64,000 nt of DNA from Lytechinus pictus (Eukaryota): contig NC_087252.1 in NCBI RefSeq assembly GCF_037042905.1, positions 25,360,001 through 25,424,000 on the forward strand, given 5' to 3'. Positions 25,413 through 38,330 of the stretch are shown piece after piece. Below the pieces are notes generated by a model that was given only the letters and a program-made list of their open reading frames with translations, was not told where the DNA came from and did no database searches. The translations under genes and the position numbers were made by a program. Each line of letters starts with the position of its first letter. Positions within the stretch are counted from its first letter, which is position 1.

Positions 25413-26263
25413 CATTAACTCCAAAAGATAAAAAAAATATACACAAATTATATTGATATATTTTGACATTTTTATTCACAAACTTTTTTCCTTTTCCATG
25501 TAGTTTTTCAACTCTTTGTAATACAAAACATAAAGTAATAGCAGCCAGACATAGGAATAGATAATGAAATGCTGTGCATCCTTTAAAAATAGTATAAAAT
25601 ATTTCAAGAATTGCCTATGGTGTAAGATATTAGTGATGAAAGATATACGCGCCACAGGAACTTCATTTAGATAGACCAGTAAATGTGTTTAGTTTGTAAT
25701 TGTAAGTAATATTAATACTTGGTTATCATATAGCACATCACACATCAGATTCCATGTCCTCGCGTGCTTAATGTATGAGTATTCAATCATTCCCTAGCAA
25801 TCGCTTTAGTTACCATCAATTGCAATCTCGAAGCACAGATGGCCTTGTAACATACAATACACGATACAAAGAATATTTACAATCAACAACTTTGCATCTG
25901 GCTTCCCATATACATGGTTAAAATTGATCATAGTATTAATCTTTCGTGCATCAGGGCCCAGATATTTAGAGGTGGCACATGCAGATGAAATTTGTAGACT
26001 TGGAGGGAGCTTTTCATGAAAAGTTTTGTCAGTGGTTTTTTCAGAGTTATTGCTCTCAGCCAATCAGATGCAAGGATTTCAGTAGCTTACAACATCTGTC
26101 GGCGACAACCACTGACAACAAATGTTCTTGAAACACTCTCTGGAACTTGATAAAGTACGGAAATCATGCATATATCTTGTCTAAAGCTTACCCTGGCCCC
26201 TTGCTTACAGGTAATCCAACCTAGTACATATTTTCACAATTTGTTTGGTATCATCTCCACTGC

Positions 26264-26470
26264 TTATACCTTGTTTCCACCGTCGTGCAATCCTTTACGA
26301 AAGCCACGATTGGCCTTTTGTATTCTGATCGTTAAAATTTTTAAACCATTCAATTTTTTTCTACGATCGGTGATTGCCACGACTGACCTGGTGCGATATG
26401 ATAAGATCACGATTAACTGCGCCGTTTGAATCGTGGCGCAAATCACGATAGTGGGAACGACATCTAGGTA
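26264..26470. mobile_element. Degenerate Harbinger-like MITE
   Basis: TTA-TACCT...TTCCAC ... GTGGGAAC...AGGTA-TAA ends with internal CACGAT repeats. Confidence 0.5.
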
Positions 26471-28061
26471 TAAGCGAGTTTTCTATGATACGAATTGCAC
26501 TTGTTGATAATGTGCATGTCTGAAATAAAATTTTGAAATCGCATGCAAATACCAGAGCAATTGAAGTATATAACAAGTTACACAATCACAATGCAATTTA
26601 GTACAATGCAAGGAATTGCCACTGGTACAATTCATGGCCTATTGATGAGTATACATGCAACACGTTTATTTTAGTCATTCTTTGGCTAATAATAAACCAT
26701 TTCCTTCCTGGCAGTAATAGGAAATAGAACCAACCATGCAAAAGATGTCTACATGAAAATCATACTGGGAAATTAGTTAGCCTCGGAAATCAATTTCGTT
26801 GACAGCATTGTAATAGACATAACTATGATATTGGAGGGATTAAAGCATACAATTATATTTTATGTGCTATTAAAATCTTCAGACTCTTGACTTTAATGGA
26901 TATATGATCAAGCACTTTCTATAGGAACCTGGCATCTATAACATATACATGTATTTAAGAGTTCAGCAATGTGAAAATTTCAGATATTCAGATTTTACCA
27001 GCCAGAGCCTGCTACCCCAAAAAGTGTGGATATTTCAAGGAGAGTGGGGGGGGGGGGGGGGGGGGTAATGATATTCAGAGTTGAATCAACATGTTTCCAT
27101 GGCAACTCTGATTTTCCATTATGAAAAATAGACATGGCTGCATAGAGACCCTCTTTAAATTATCAGTGGAAGTATAGTTTCCCAACTTTCTTTTTAAAAT
27201 AAAAACCAGGGGAAAAATTACTCGGGGGCGGCGGGTGATTTAGCTTGCGAAATGCTCAGAAGCTTATCCAATGTTGCAGATTCAGGCAGTTAAGCTGTCA
27301 GAAGTATCCCCAATAAAAATATATAAACAAATAAAAGGTGTCATCATGCTTACACTATAAAAAAACGAATGAGTTGCCATTAACAGGTTTTATTTTCATC
27401 TTCTATTATCATAGTTCACTTACATAATGTACAAATTACAAATATGTAAGCTCACTATACAAAAGCCGACCAGCGGCATAGTTGTAAGAACAAAAAAACG
27501 TTACTGAAAATGGCACAGGGCTGAGTGGCGATAAGAAGCTGCTACAAATGGACATTTGTAAATGCTGAAAATGAACTTGATAACCCTGTGACTAATAAAA
27601 AAAAAATAAGTACAATACCAAATTGGTGCAAAAAGCAGCATACAGATGTAGCTCACATAATACTTTGAAAGCCATCTTTGATGGAATTACAATTTCATGG
27701 GAGTTGCAATGTGAAGACTTCAAATTATGATATTCTATAATGAAATGATTAATGGTTTTGAAAAACTTTGTTTCTCTTCAATACTGGCGTATTGCCACCT
27801 TGCATGATATCTTCAGTTATCTCCATGTTGTGAGTTTGTTAAAAAAAAAAGTTTCATGCAAGTGTAAAGCCATAATGTTTCTATCTGTAGAAATCCATTT
27901 ATCTACCATTTTACATGTATTCAATACATTTAGGCCAGAAATAAATTTCAGGTCAGTAGCACTGTGAAAAGAAAACTCACTCATAATGAAGGTCTAAATA
28001 GTAAATCAGTAAATCAGAGTACAATAATTTTAATAATTAACATCTTAAAGATTATACAATG

Positions 28062-29353
28062 TTACTGGGGTTCTGCTTTGATCTGTATTGGGGGACATAC
28101 GGAAACAGGGGAGGGGCTGGCAGATTGCTCTCCACTGCTCTGCCTTGATCGACACACGTTGAGCGGGGAAGAACTCCCAGATTTCACCGTCAAGGGGGAC
28201 GGCTTGCCGTTCACGTGTGCTTTCTCAGCAGATTGTCCCTCACGCGGTGTAGAATCCTGGTTCGAGTGCATGGTCATATGAAGTTTGAGATAGTTCGCGT
28301 GAGTAAAGGTCATGCAGCACTCGCTGCACATGAACGGTGTGTGCTCGCGTTGATGAATCTTTCCGTGCTCGTCCAGCAGTCGCTTGTTGGAAAACACTCT
28401 GCTGCAGAGCTTGCAAGGGAATCGCCTCTTGGCGTCAGCGAGGGGGCCCTTCCGCTTAAACGTGTTGAACTTTGTGGACGGGACCTGCGCATTTCTCGGC
28501 GTTGATGCTTTCTGAGTTGCGTGGACTTTGGAGTGAGATGCAAGGAGTGGGAGGGAGAGGAACTCCTCTCTACAAATGTTACATTTGAACTGGTTTCCAT
28601 TCGTTTGCGTGCAAGCATGTCCCTTGAGGGTTGATAAGTCTGTAAAGGTCTTGCCACAGTGCAGGCAGGGGAACACTTTCTCTCCGCTGTGGATTCGTTC
28701 GTGCATCTGTTTATGACTCAGGCGGACAAATATGCGATCACAGAACTGGCATGGGAACAGCTGCTTGTCTTCTTTCTGAACAGAGTGCAGGAGTTCATGG
28801 GCACGAAGCCCTGCGGCGCGGTGGAACGACTTCCCGCACATGTTGCACTTGAACGGCTTGATGCTACTGTGCTTCCGGATGTGAAGCAAGAACTTTGACT
28901 CGTGGCTGAACCACTTCAAGCAGATTCTGCAGACAAAGTGACCCTGTCCATTATGAACCCTCTGGTGCTCATGGAAGTCAAAGGCATGAACGAAAGAAAG
29001 TCCACACTTATTACAAACATAGGGCTTTTCTCCTGTATGTTGTCTTTCGTGGCTCTTTAGATTGAAGCTGAAGGCAAAGGACTTGTCACAGTGGGTGCAC
29101 TTGAAAGACTTCTCCTTGACATGTTTCAAACGATGGCGATTGAGATCCACAAGGCAATTGAAGGTTTGTTCGCAGTCGGGGCAGTGAAGCACAGGAGATG
29201 ACATAGTGTAGAATGGATTGGAGTGGAGAGACGAAGAACCAGGGGCATCTAGGTTGGTGTTCTGCCGCTGCAGGGGCGTCTTGTTGCCACTCTCGCTACC
29301 TGCAGGAGTCTTGAAGAAACAAGGACACTTCTTTCCTGGCTTTGCTCCATCAT
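28062..29353 (-). CDS. C2H2 zinc-finger gene 2, last exon (10 fingers)
   Basis: TTTACAG acceptor in frame with ORF 28062-29204. Ten C2H2/C2HC fingers with an HTGEKPY linker. Confidence 0.93.
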
Positions 29354-30256
29354 CTGTAAAGAGATTTGAAAGAGAAAAAGGGTAACAAATTAATAATCCA
29401 ACTCACAGTGAAGTAAATAACAGCACAGCTTTGATCCATTCAGAAAGAATTTGCATTAAGTCACTTATTGAGTTCAAAAGCAATTTTTGGCTGAACAAGT
29501 CCTACATGTATGTATTCCTGACCCTGTGGTAGAAGGGTGGGGTGTCATAAAGCTGTTCATAAAGTTATGCAAAACCTTCTGCATGACTGTAACAATGTCT
29601 TCCGTGCACTGCAGAGTCTGCAACATGTACATAAAAATTAAAAAAAAGGGTCACCAGTCATGCTGAAAGTCATTTGGAACCTACAAAACAGCATTATGAA
29701 ATGGCCCACAGAAGAAAACACATTTCTGTAAAAGAAATTTACATTGGCATGAGCCAAGACACTAATTGATTGTGGACTAACCTCGACACAAACATTTTGG
29801 ACCTTGATTCAATTATTCAACACACACCATGGCAGCATTTCTTGTCAACTCTCTTTAGCATGGAACAGTTATAACTACAATGTACATGGCATGAATTATC
29901 AAATCAAAAGCAAATTTGCTGGCAAGACTCAAAAGCCACAAGGTCAGTGACAATTGCTTCATCCATCAAGAATGCATTTAACATGTACATTTATTCACAA
30001 CATGAGTCAACCATTTAAATTTGGTAAACAAAAAAATCAGTCAAAGTCAGAGACAGACATATATCCTCACAATCTCCATATTTCATAGTTTCTTCAGCTC
30101 TCTCTTTACTCAGGCAAGCTGAATTCTATTTCAAATATTCCAGTGACTGATTTCAGTAACTTTGACTTACATTTTGTAACTTGTGAAAAATGTAGTACCG
30201 GTACAGTGATTAATCACTGCCAGAACATACATTTGTGCTCTAAATTATTCCCTTAC

Positions 30257-30383
30257 CTTCTTCATCAAAGCTCCAGTCTGCTTCCTCCATATCATCTACA
30301 ATATCAACGTCTTCATCGTCAGAGTTGTCCGAGGGCGACGTATTGTGATTCTCACAGGTATAATCTCTCTCATACGTATTCCC
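30257..30383 (-). CDS. C2H2 zinc-finger gene 2, exon 3 (acidic)
   Basis: TTCTAG acceptor and G|GTAAGG donor, with phases 0 and 1 consistent with neighbours. Reads GNTYERD...SDDEDVDIVDDMEEADWSFDEE. Confidence 0.85.
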
Positions 30384-30734
30384 CTAGAATGATAAAGAAA
30401 AATGTTGTCAGGTTAGTTGAAGTGGAAAGGTTCATTTACATTTAATGAAATTCAGGAACTCCGGATTTATTCGTTACATGATGTATAGTGTCTATTCACA
30501 GATTGTCCCAAGGTTACTTTCTGCAGTTAAATAAAATAAAAATTTAGCTTATTGAGAAAGAAATTTCAGAGCAAATCAGTATATGGTGGCTTTTCAATTT
30601 GCTCAAGTTTCTCCATGTGACGTTATGAAGGGGGGGGGGGTAACTTGGGGTGAGTCATTTTAGGATATTGGAACCAATCCCACATATAAGTATTTCACAT
30701 CAGGTTCTTACCAATACCAATGAATTTCTCTTAC

Positions 30735-31357
30735 CTTTTTGGGCAAGACAGGTGAGCATCCAAGATTGATAGCACCGCCGAGGCCAAGGGTCACCTTCAT
30801 GTTATTCACAGAGGGCATGGCAAAATACTTGACCACATCCTCTGAAGTAACAGACTTCCTCCCGAAGTACGCTGCAGCCTGGCCCTGGACCATTGTGTCT
30901 TGAGACAGGAACTCTGTTACAACTTCTGGATCAGTCTCTCTGAGTTCCTCCACACAAGGGTTGTCCGACTCAGATGACACCGATGCTGTACCTTTGGATG
31001 ACTGATTAGGTGATGACTCACAACCTTCTGCCAAGAAATTGTCAGGGGGAGGGGTCTTCTTGTTGGGTGTCGGGGATTTCCCTTTATCTGGGGTGGGGGA
31101 TATCCCTTCGTCTAAGGTGGGGGAATTCCCTCTGTCTGGGGTGGGGGAATTCCCTCGGATGGGCGAGCTTGCCCCACAAACACCTACTTGGTCCTGGACG
31201 GTCTGAGTGCTGGCAACATCCAAGGATTGCAGCTCTGAAGTCTTGTCTATGGATTGGTCCGACTTTTGAAGATTCTCCAAAGGGTATGGAGAATTGGGGT
31301 CAGTGTCACTTGAGCTACAGGAAGATGAAATCTCTGATGACTGTGTGTGATCATTTA
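30735..31357 (-). CDS. C2H2 zinc-finger gene 2, exon 2 (S/P/T-rich, 8-aa repeats)
   Basis: CCTGCAG acceptor and AAG|GTAAGA donor. 623 nt, open throughout. First in-frame ATG at 30893. Confidence 0.8.
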
Positions 31358-32132
31358 CTGCAGGAATAAGATAAAAAGTACATTGTAATAATAATATACA
31401 ATTATTAATATATAAATTCTATTATTTAATAAATAATAATATAGGGCCTAAATCTATGAATTGTTTGTCAAAACGGCACTTAGTAATTTCTCACAAAGCT
31501 ACGTCATATTGAAGTGGTTCAATGGTCAAGCCTATTGTATTTGCAGTGTTTACGAATGGATAGACATGAAATCGGTCTGGTGAGAAACCTCTCTTCTTTT
31601 TTTTTTTTTGGGGGGGGGGACATAGAAACTTCATAGAATCATACGCATTGGGTGTATAAATGTATGCAATTTAATAAAATTTTAAACTAAAAAAATAGAA
31701 TGTCCATTTCTGAAGGGAATTCCCTTCTTGGGTATTATCTTCTCCGGCAGTCCCGCAATGAAATGACAATATCAAAATCATATTTTTAAAATATCATCAC
31801 GGAGTCCTCTCTATACATGCTCTAGCCCTAACTTCCGAAGTTAAATTTTGTTAGGCGGCCTAACTAACATTAGTTATTTAACTTATTACAACATTAGAAA
31901 AGTAGAACCATATTATTCTAGAATAGATCTAACAAAGTTAAGTTAACGTACTTAGACTCTACACTACAGTACAGATTCAGTACCGGTTGGTTATTTCAGA
32001 TATTTTTATTGTCCAATTGCAATGGACTAGTACAAATGGAAATTAAATTCGTTCGCACAAAATAATACACAAACACAGGGCAACATACGATTGAAAGATC
32101 CATAATAAATGAATATTTCCAGCAATTCATAC

Positions 32133-32274
32133 GCGGCTCAAGTTCAAGATGAGCGACTCGCAACGCAAGCAGGGTCAGAGAACTGCTCGCCGCCAGCCAC
32201 ACCTCAGCTGAGCCCCGGGGCGCGGGGTCCACCTCACTTCCATCCACTCCAGCGCTGCTCAGTTTAGCTCCCAC
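32133..32274 (-). CDS. C2H2 zinc-finger gene 2, exon 1 (open in frame, no in-frame ATG)
   Basis: GC-rich exon ending CCG C|GTATGA. Phase 1 joins exon 2 in frame. Start codon unresolved. Confidence 0.5.
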
Positions 32275-33269
32275 TCTTTCTCACTTTCCATCACTATCAC
32301 AGCATAAATACCGAAAAATAATCCAAAATAAATCAAGATCAAATACGTGACTCACGATTTTCAACATCCATAACAAAAGAAAATTGCAAATTTCACGGGA
32401 ATCCATAATTTCCTACACACAAATAGATCATCCAGCTACACGATCACATTGCGAAATACACACTGTAAAATCGCATGTAAACAGCTGACTGACGGAAATT
32501 TCCCAAACTTTTCAGCTGGCCCGTCAGCTGTACGCTCGAATAGGCACGTCATCGATTACGGATTACGTGTAATATAACAAGCGAATATATTATATACTCG
32601 CTACTCGCAAAAATATCAAATATATCAACTAAATAACAAACTACATACAAATCTACCCCTTTAAAACGTTCATTTAGATAATTTATTATAGGTAATTACC
32701 AAGTACATCAGTAATGCAGTCCAGAAACTTTGTGATATAATAATCGAGACTCAGAGTAATATATTGGTGACTTCAGCTTTGGCAGTATATTCATTTTCAA
32801 AACCGGTTAGTACTGGATAGTAGACAGAGTAGAAGCGAAGCTTGATGAGACCGGTTTGGAGGCTGCTGGGTTGTCATCAAGTTTTGTTCTAGTTCAAAAG
32901 TTTGTTCAAGCAAATTCGATTTCCAGGTTCTATTATGATTGAGACTCTATTGTAAAATATTTGAGAATGAATGTTATAAGCTACGTGAAGATTATAATTT
33001 ATTATTGCAAGGTAAACATGAACATTACAATATATGTAATGTCTATTATGTAGACCTCTTAGGCCTATTTTATTTTTCTATTTTCATTCATCTTTCTCCA
33101 TTGCGTTAGCAGTTTTTGATCATTATTTATTCTTATTCTGGGAACCTATGCTTGCAAGCTATATGCTGTTTTTAATAGGTTCCTCCTATTTTCCGTTATT
33201 CAAATTTATTATGTTCTTATTTACTCAAGATGTATGTATTAGTGGGAATGTTAAACAGCATAAATTTCA

Positions 33270-34010
33270 TTTCATTTTATCTATTGGTTTCCGTTTCACA
33301 ATTTTTGAACATAACATAACAAAGTGATATTACAAAACCTAGTATCACAACATAATTATAGATTTGGTGAACACAATTTAAAAACTTAAGCTTGATTTTT
33401 GTAATTTAGAGTAAAAACGGAGGGACTTGCCAAAAAAAGCAAAGCTTGCATGAAAGGCAGCCCCTAAACGGCTAAGTTTAATTTACACACACAGACCCCC
33501 CCCCCAAAAAAAAAAAGTTCGTATCAATAATAGTAATTGTCTATTTACACTTTCCAAAACAAACATATGAAAAATGCGTAAAAATAAATATTGATAACCA
33601 ATAGGAGAGAGGGGCTGTAGAGATGGGGGAGGGGGTAAGAGTGCAGTGCGACTAATTAACGGAAATAAGGCGAGCAGCAGGAGCAGGTACTTTGGCGAGT
33701 TGCATTTGAAAAAAAAAACTAAATATAATATACGCTTATATCATAGAGCTATCTGTAATAGCTCTATGCTTATATATTCGTATACAAAAACAAGCAGTAC
33801 ATAGGCCTATGACATGTACACATAAAAAACATATATATGTCTACGTATACAATCATACATACGTATACAAATAATGAGTAAAGTTAAATCAATTAATCAG
33901 ATTGACCCGTTAGTGAGTATTGTAAAATTAACTTTTTTTCAGTTTGCGTTTGAAATTATTTACATTAGAGGATTCTTTACAATATTGAGGCAGAGAATTT
34001 TAATAAATCT
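33270..34010 (-). mobile_element. 3' fragment of a CR1/L2(Crack)-type LINE
   Basis: The - strand at ~33928-34000 reads NSLPQYCKESSNVNNFKRKLKKS*, the typical ORF2 C-terminus of this clade, followed by 3'UTR-like sequence. Confidence 0.6.
33742..33768. mobile_element. 27-bp CATAG...CTATG micro-insertion with 7-bp TSD
   Basis: CTTATAT-CATAGAGCTATCTGTAATAGCTCTATG-CTTATAT. Confidence 0.75.
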
Positions 34011-35493
34011 AGTCAAATAAAAAACGGGACTGGAATCTGAGTATGAGAAGAATTATCTAACCCTGGAAAAATGTAATTCTGAACAAAAAAAAACCATGGG
34101 CCTATATGTATTTGAACTAATAATCTGGGATATTACTTGACGTGCATACAAAAATAGGCCTGGAATCTGAATGAAAAGATGATTTATAATCCCTGGAAAA
34201 TTTGAATGAAAAAAAAAACAGATGACATGACAGGCTATTATGATGCAACATGAATGATTAGAGAGGCCAATATCATTCAACTATGCCCAGGGTCCAAACA
34301 ACACATGAATAATAGTATTTAAAAAAAAAGATTTGGAATCCTCCAGCTCTGAGATGGGATAGGTCATTAAGGCCGATGATAAAAAATAATGACTGGTTAG
34401 CTCCAGCCCGCGCCCTCGATCGTAATATATTTCAGGGCCGCGAAGTAAAACTGCACTCTTATTGGTTCATCAAACGCTACGTCATGTTGAATGATAACAT
34501 AGCCTTACTTTGTAGTCTTTTTTTTGTCAAGCCAAAATCATTTCCATGCGATCGAAGAGATATACTAGGGAACGCGACTTAGCCTTGCTCCGTACCCTCC
34601 CGCCCATAACGTAAACGTGTTCGACTGACAAAGACTATGCTGAAACAACCCAATATTTACCCTACTAGTTCGTACGAAGTCCTTCTTGATATTTCTATCA
34701 ACAATTTCGGTTATAAGTTATATCTAATTCGAGAGTATTGTAGATTATAAGAAAATATCATTTTCATACACCGGAATGATTCGTGTTCTGCAGTTATTAT
34801 TCTTACAAACTGGTCATTCTAACACAATTGATACCAAAGTAATTAGAATAACTATTCCGGAGGTCTGGATTAACAGCGAGCAACACGTGCGTGATGGAAA
34901 ATTACCGTACAGAATGAACGTCCTTTCACATGTAGTGTGTGCGTGAACGAGGAGAATTACTATCAGCGCTGGAATGATTATAATCGATTATGACCTATTT
35001 ATCAGGACAACAATCCGTAGTCTCAATTTCCATACTTATACTTGACTGTACAGAAGCTTAATAAGTTAAGTTTCATAGGGTCTTTTTAATGAAAACTTAC
35101 GAAAAAACAAAACAAGTACAGTTTATGCACAGTTATATTTAGTGACATTCAAACAGAAACTATCGGCTGAAAAGACATTAGTATTATGATTTATCATTCG
35201 AAAGTAGGTAGGTAGGCTTATTATATAGGGTTAAAAAACTAAGAGACTAGGAATCTCTGTTTTTATATACATGTACATATAATAAACTGTTTCATTGATT
35301 TTTGTGATCTGCTTAAGTCAGACAATCACTAACATTAATTACATTACTACAAGACGACGAAAAAATAACATGATAATTACACAGTGGCCGCGGAAGCGGG
35401 GGGGGGGGGGGGGGGGCTTCAGCCCCCCACTTTTTCCAAAACCGTCAGCCCCCCCCCCCCACTTTGAAAACTGTTCCGCGGCCCATGTTATAG

Positions 35494-35513
35494 CATGGAC
35501 CTATTACTCCATG
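35494..35513. mobile_element. 20-bp CATGGA...TCCATG micro-insertion with 7-bp TSD
   Basis: GTTATAG-CATGGACCTATTACTCCATG-GTTATAG. Confidence 0.65.
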
Positions 35514-36839
35514 GTTATAGTAATATTGCTATCGTTACTATAATTTTTTTTATGTGAGAAGGGACTCGTAGAGGCCTAGTAGGCCCTTCTGACACTAAAT
35601 CTTAAAAAATTGGCTGAATTTTTTTTTGTCTCCAGTTTATTTTCATAACTGATAAAAGTTATTAAAGTGAAATATAAAAATGAATAGATTAAATACGTGA
35701 ATCTAATTTTTTATAAGAACAAAAAAAAATTCAAAATTAATACTTCCACCGGGTTATATTTATTTTTCAAAATTCGTTAATCAATGTCTAATAATCCTGG
35801 CTAATGATTTGTCAAAGGCATGGAAATTATTTATTCTAGATTATTTTAATCAAGTAGTTTAAAAGCTGTATTTTTTTTTATATTAGATCAAAACAAAACA
35901 TAAGCCTACATCGTTAATACAAAAAAAATAAATGAAAAAGAAAATACTTATTCTTATATTATTCTTATATTATTCTCCGTCCTACAAGTATTTTCCAACA
36001 AGCCGCTGTTCAGTCGTAGCCTTAACCAATTACATATATTTTTTTTCTGAATGAGTTAAATAATAGGTTTATGCTTTGGAACGATATTTTTATTCAATAG
36101 TCCTGCGCATATAGTTAATCACAAAGCATTTCTGGGAAGGGCCGCTGTGCCCCCCCCCCCTCCCGATGAATGCACCTCCGCACTTCCGGAAGGAAACGCT
36201 TCATTTATTTTTCATAAAAAAGCAAGGTCATCAGACTTTTTTAAAGGAATTGACAGCGATTACCCTTTCCTTGGCGGCAATGCTTTTTTTTTAACAGCGA
36301 GAATGTTATTATTTTTTTAAATCTTACATATTGTCTTTTTCTATTCTTTATTCTATTGGTGCTTATTATATATGAAAAACAAAACATTAGGGGGGGGGGC
36401 CGGCCCGCAGACTATAAACTTTGAGCTCTCACCAGGGTGATCCTACGGGTGTCGATTTGTGTTGTGAATCTATGATTGTCCAAGGGGGGGGGGGGGATGA
36501 TCTATTGTTTCATGATCCCCACCCCCACTCGGATAGAGGGGGGGGGGCGGGGGACCTATTTCCACATTTCCTTTAGATTTCTATTTAAAATTATATATCA
36601 TTTTGTCTACAAAATGTGTCATATTTCATGATTGACGTTGTTGAATATAATTATAATGACAATGACTCTGTATCGTAAATATTTTGTTGACTGAAAATGA
36701 TTTGTTTCAATATTTATGTCATTTCTGTTTGAAATAAAATCTGAATCTGAAAAAAAAAATAGTATGAAGTCACGGATCGACACCAGTGCTATATTGTCAA
36801 CATAATTTCCTACTTTTTGTCAGATTTGGGGGATTTTTC

Positions 36840-37288
36840 CCCGGGGGGGGGGGGGGCAGTAAAATATTTAGCTGTACACACGCGTGACCAAAGAAAACGC
36901 GTTTAAAGGGGTGTTTTTTCAGTTTTGGACGCGGTCCGCGCGTGGACTCGTTAATAAAAAACACCGATTTTCAAGAAAAAGGGTGGTTTTGAAAGACTGG
37001 TCAATGGTCAATCGCGGGGTCAAACGTATTTAGGGTATGTTTTTTTTCTCCAAAGATTTTTTTTAAGACTAGCCAAACGTGTTTAGGGTATTTTTTCCAA
37101 AGCTTTTTCCCCGAGGTCATATTTTGGCGACATCTTGTTTAGGGGCCAAAATGTGTAAATAAAGCCCGCGAAAAACTTGTTTAGGGGATTATTTTGCGCA
37201 CAGAGAAAAACTCGTTTAGAGGGTGTTTGGAAATTTCTTGGTCACGCGTGTGTACAGCAATATATTTGACTACCCCCCCCCCCCCGGG
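36840..37288. mobile_element. CCCGGG(G)n-ended MITE, uninterrupted copy
   Basis: 8-bp TSD GATTTTTC. Homologous to 12622-13449 without the TAG insertion. Confidence 0.9.
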
Positions 37289-38012
37289 GATTTTTCGTTG
37301 ATTTGTTTATTTTGTGTTAAATCCCTGCACTCAGAAGGCCCCAACTATCAACCTGACTTTCAACAGTTCGGAAGAGGGCGCTATTGAGAAATGGCCCATA
37401 CGGATTATTGATTATCATCTGCTCAAACACGCTCAATTCGCTAATATATTTAAGAATCCAAGCTTGTACAAAATAATTATTCGGATGTTAGCTAAACGAG
37501 ATGATCACGTTTAAATTATTTTTTTAAATCTCACACAAAATATGGTTTTGTGAATATCAAGAAAACATAATCAGAAGTTTCCATTAGAAACTAGTCAAAT
37601 ATGACTAGAATAACAGTTGCACCCAGCTGACCCTATTACTAGTCATTTCTACAGATTTTTTTTAGTGTGCTCACTCCTCTCTAATATGGCTATTGTTCAT
37701 ACAATATGGAGATATAGGCCTGTTTTCATGATTGTTAAGAGAAAAATATTCGATTTCACTTTTTTGTAATAAAGTCAATCAATGTCAATGTTCATAATTC
37801 AGCTTTTCGTTCATGCATGCAGACCCACTATTTTTTAAAGCAAGTTGCTTCATATAAGCGACCTATATACAATTTATGTTTAAATTTGATTTTAAAAATA
37901 CCCTCACACGTGTATTTGATTCTATGTTTCCTCTTAATCGGTCAATAATTTTTTTAACCACACTAGACAATCTAACAAATTTCATTTACCCCGTCTTAGA
38001 ACTTTATTGGTA

Positions 38013-38234
38013 CACTCTAAAAACACTGAGTAAAATTTTACCCAGCATTGGGTAGAAAGGGATCATGCATGTTTGCTGTGTATTTTTTTTACCCCATATT
38101 GGGCAAAATGCATGTTTTAAGAGTTAATTTCACCGCAACATTGCGTAAAATTTACAAAATATTTGGTATCTTTTTACCCAACCAACATGCATGTTCCCAT
38201 TTTACCAAATATTGGGTAAACTTTTTTTAGAGTA
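38013..38234. mobile_element. CACT-ended MITE
   Basis: TA-CACTCTAAAAA ... TTTTTAGAGTA-TA. Same family as 49755-49984. Confidence 0.8.
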
Positions 38235-38242
38235 TAAAGAGT

Positions 38243-38330
38243 ACATTTATGTTCGATGGTCCTAGATTTTGGAACTCCCTCGGCAAGAGCCTAAAAATAT
38301 AGCCCTTCTCTACATTATTTTAAAAGAAAA
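38243..38330 (+). mobile_element. LINE ORF2 C-terminal remnant
   Basis: Reads TFMFDGPRFWNSLGKSLK, the GP..WNSL motif of CR1/L2-clade ORF2 ends. Confidence 0.5.
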
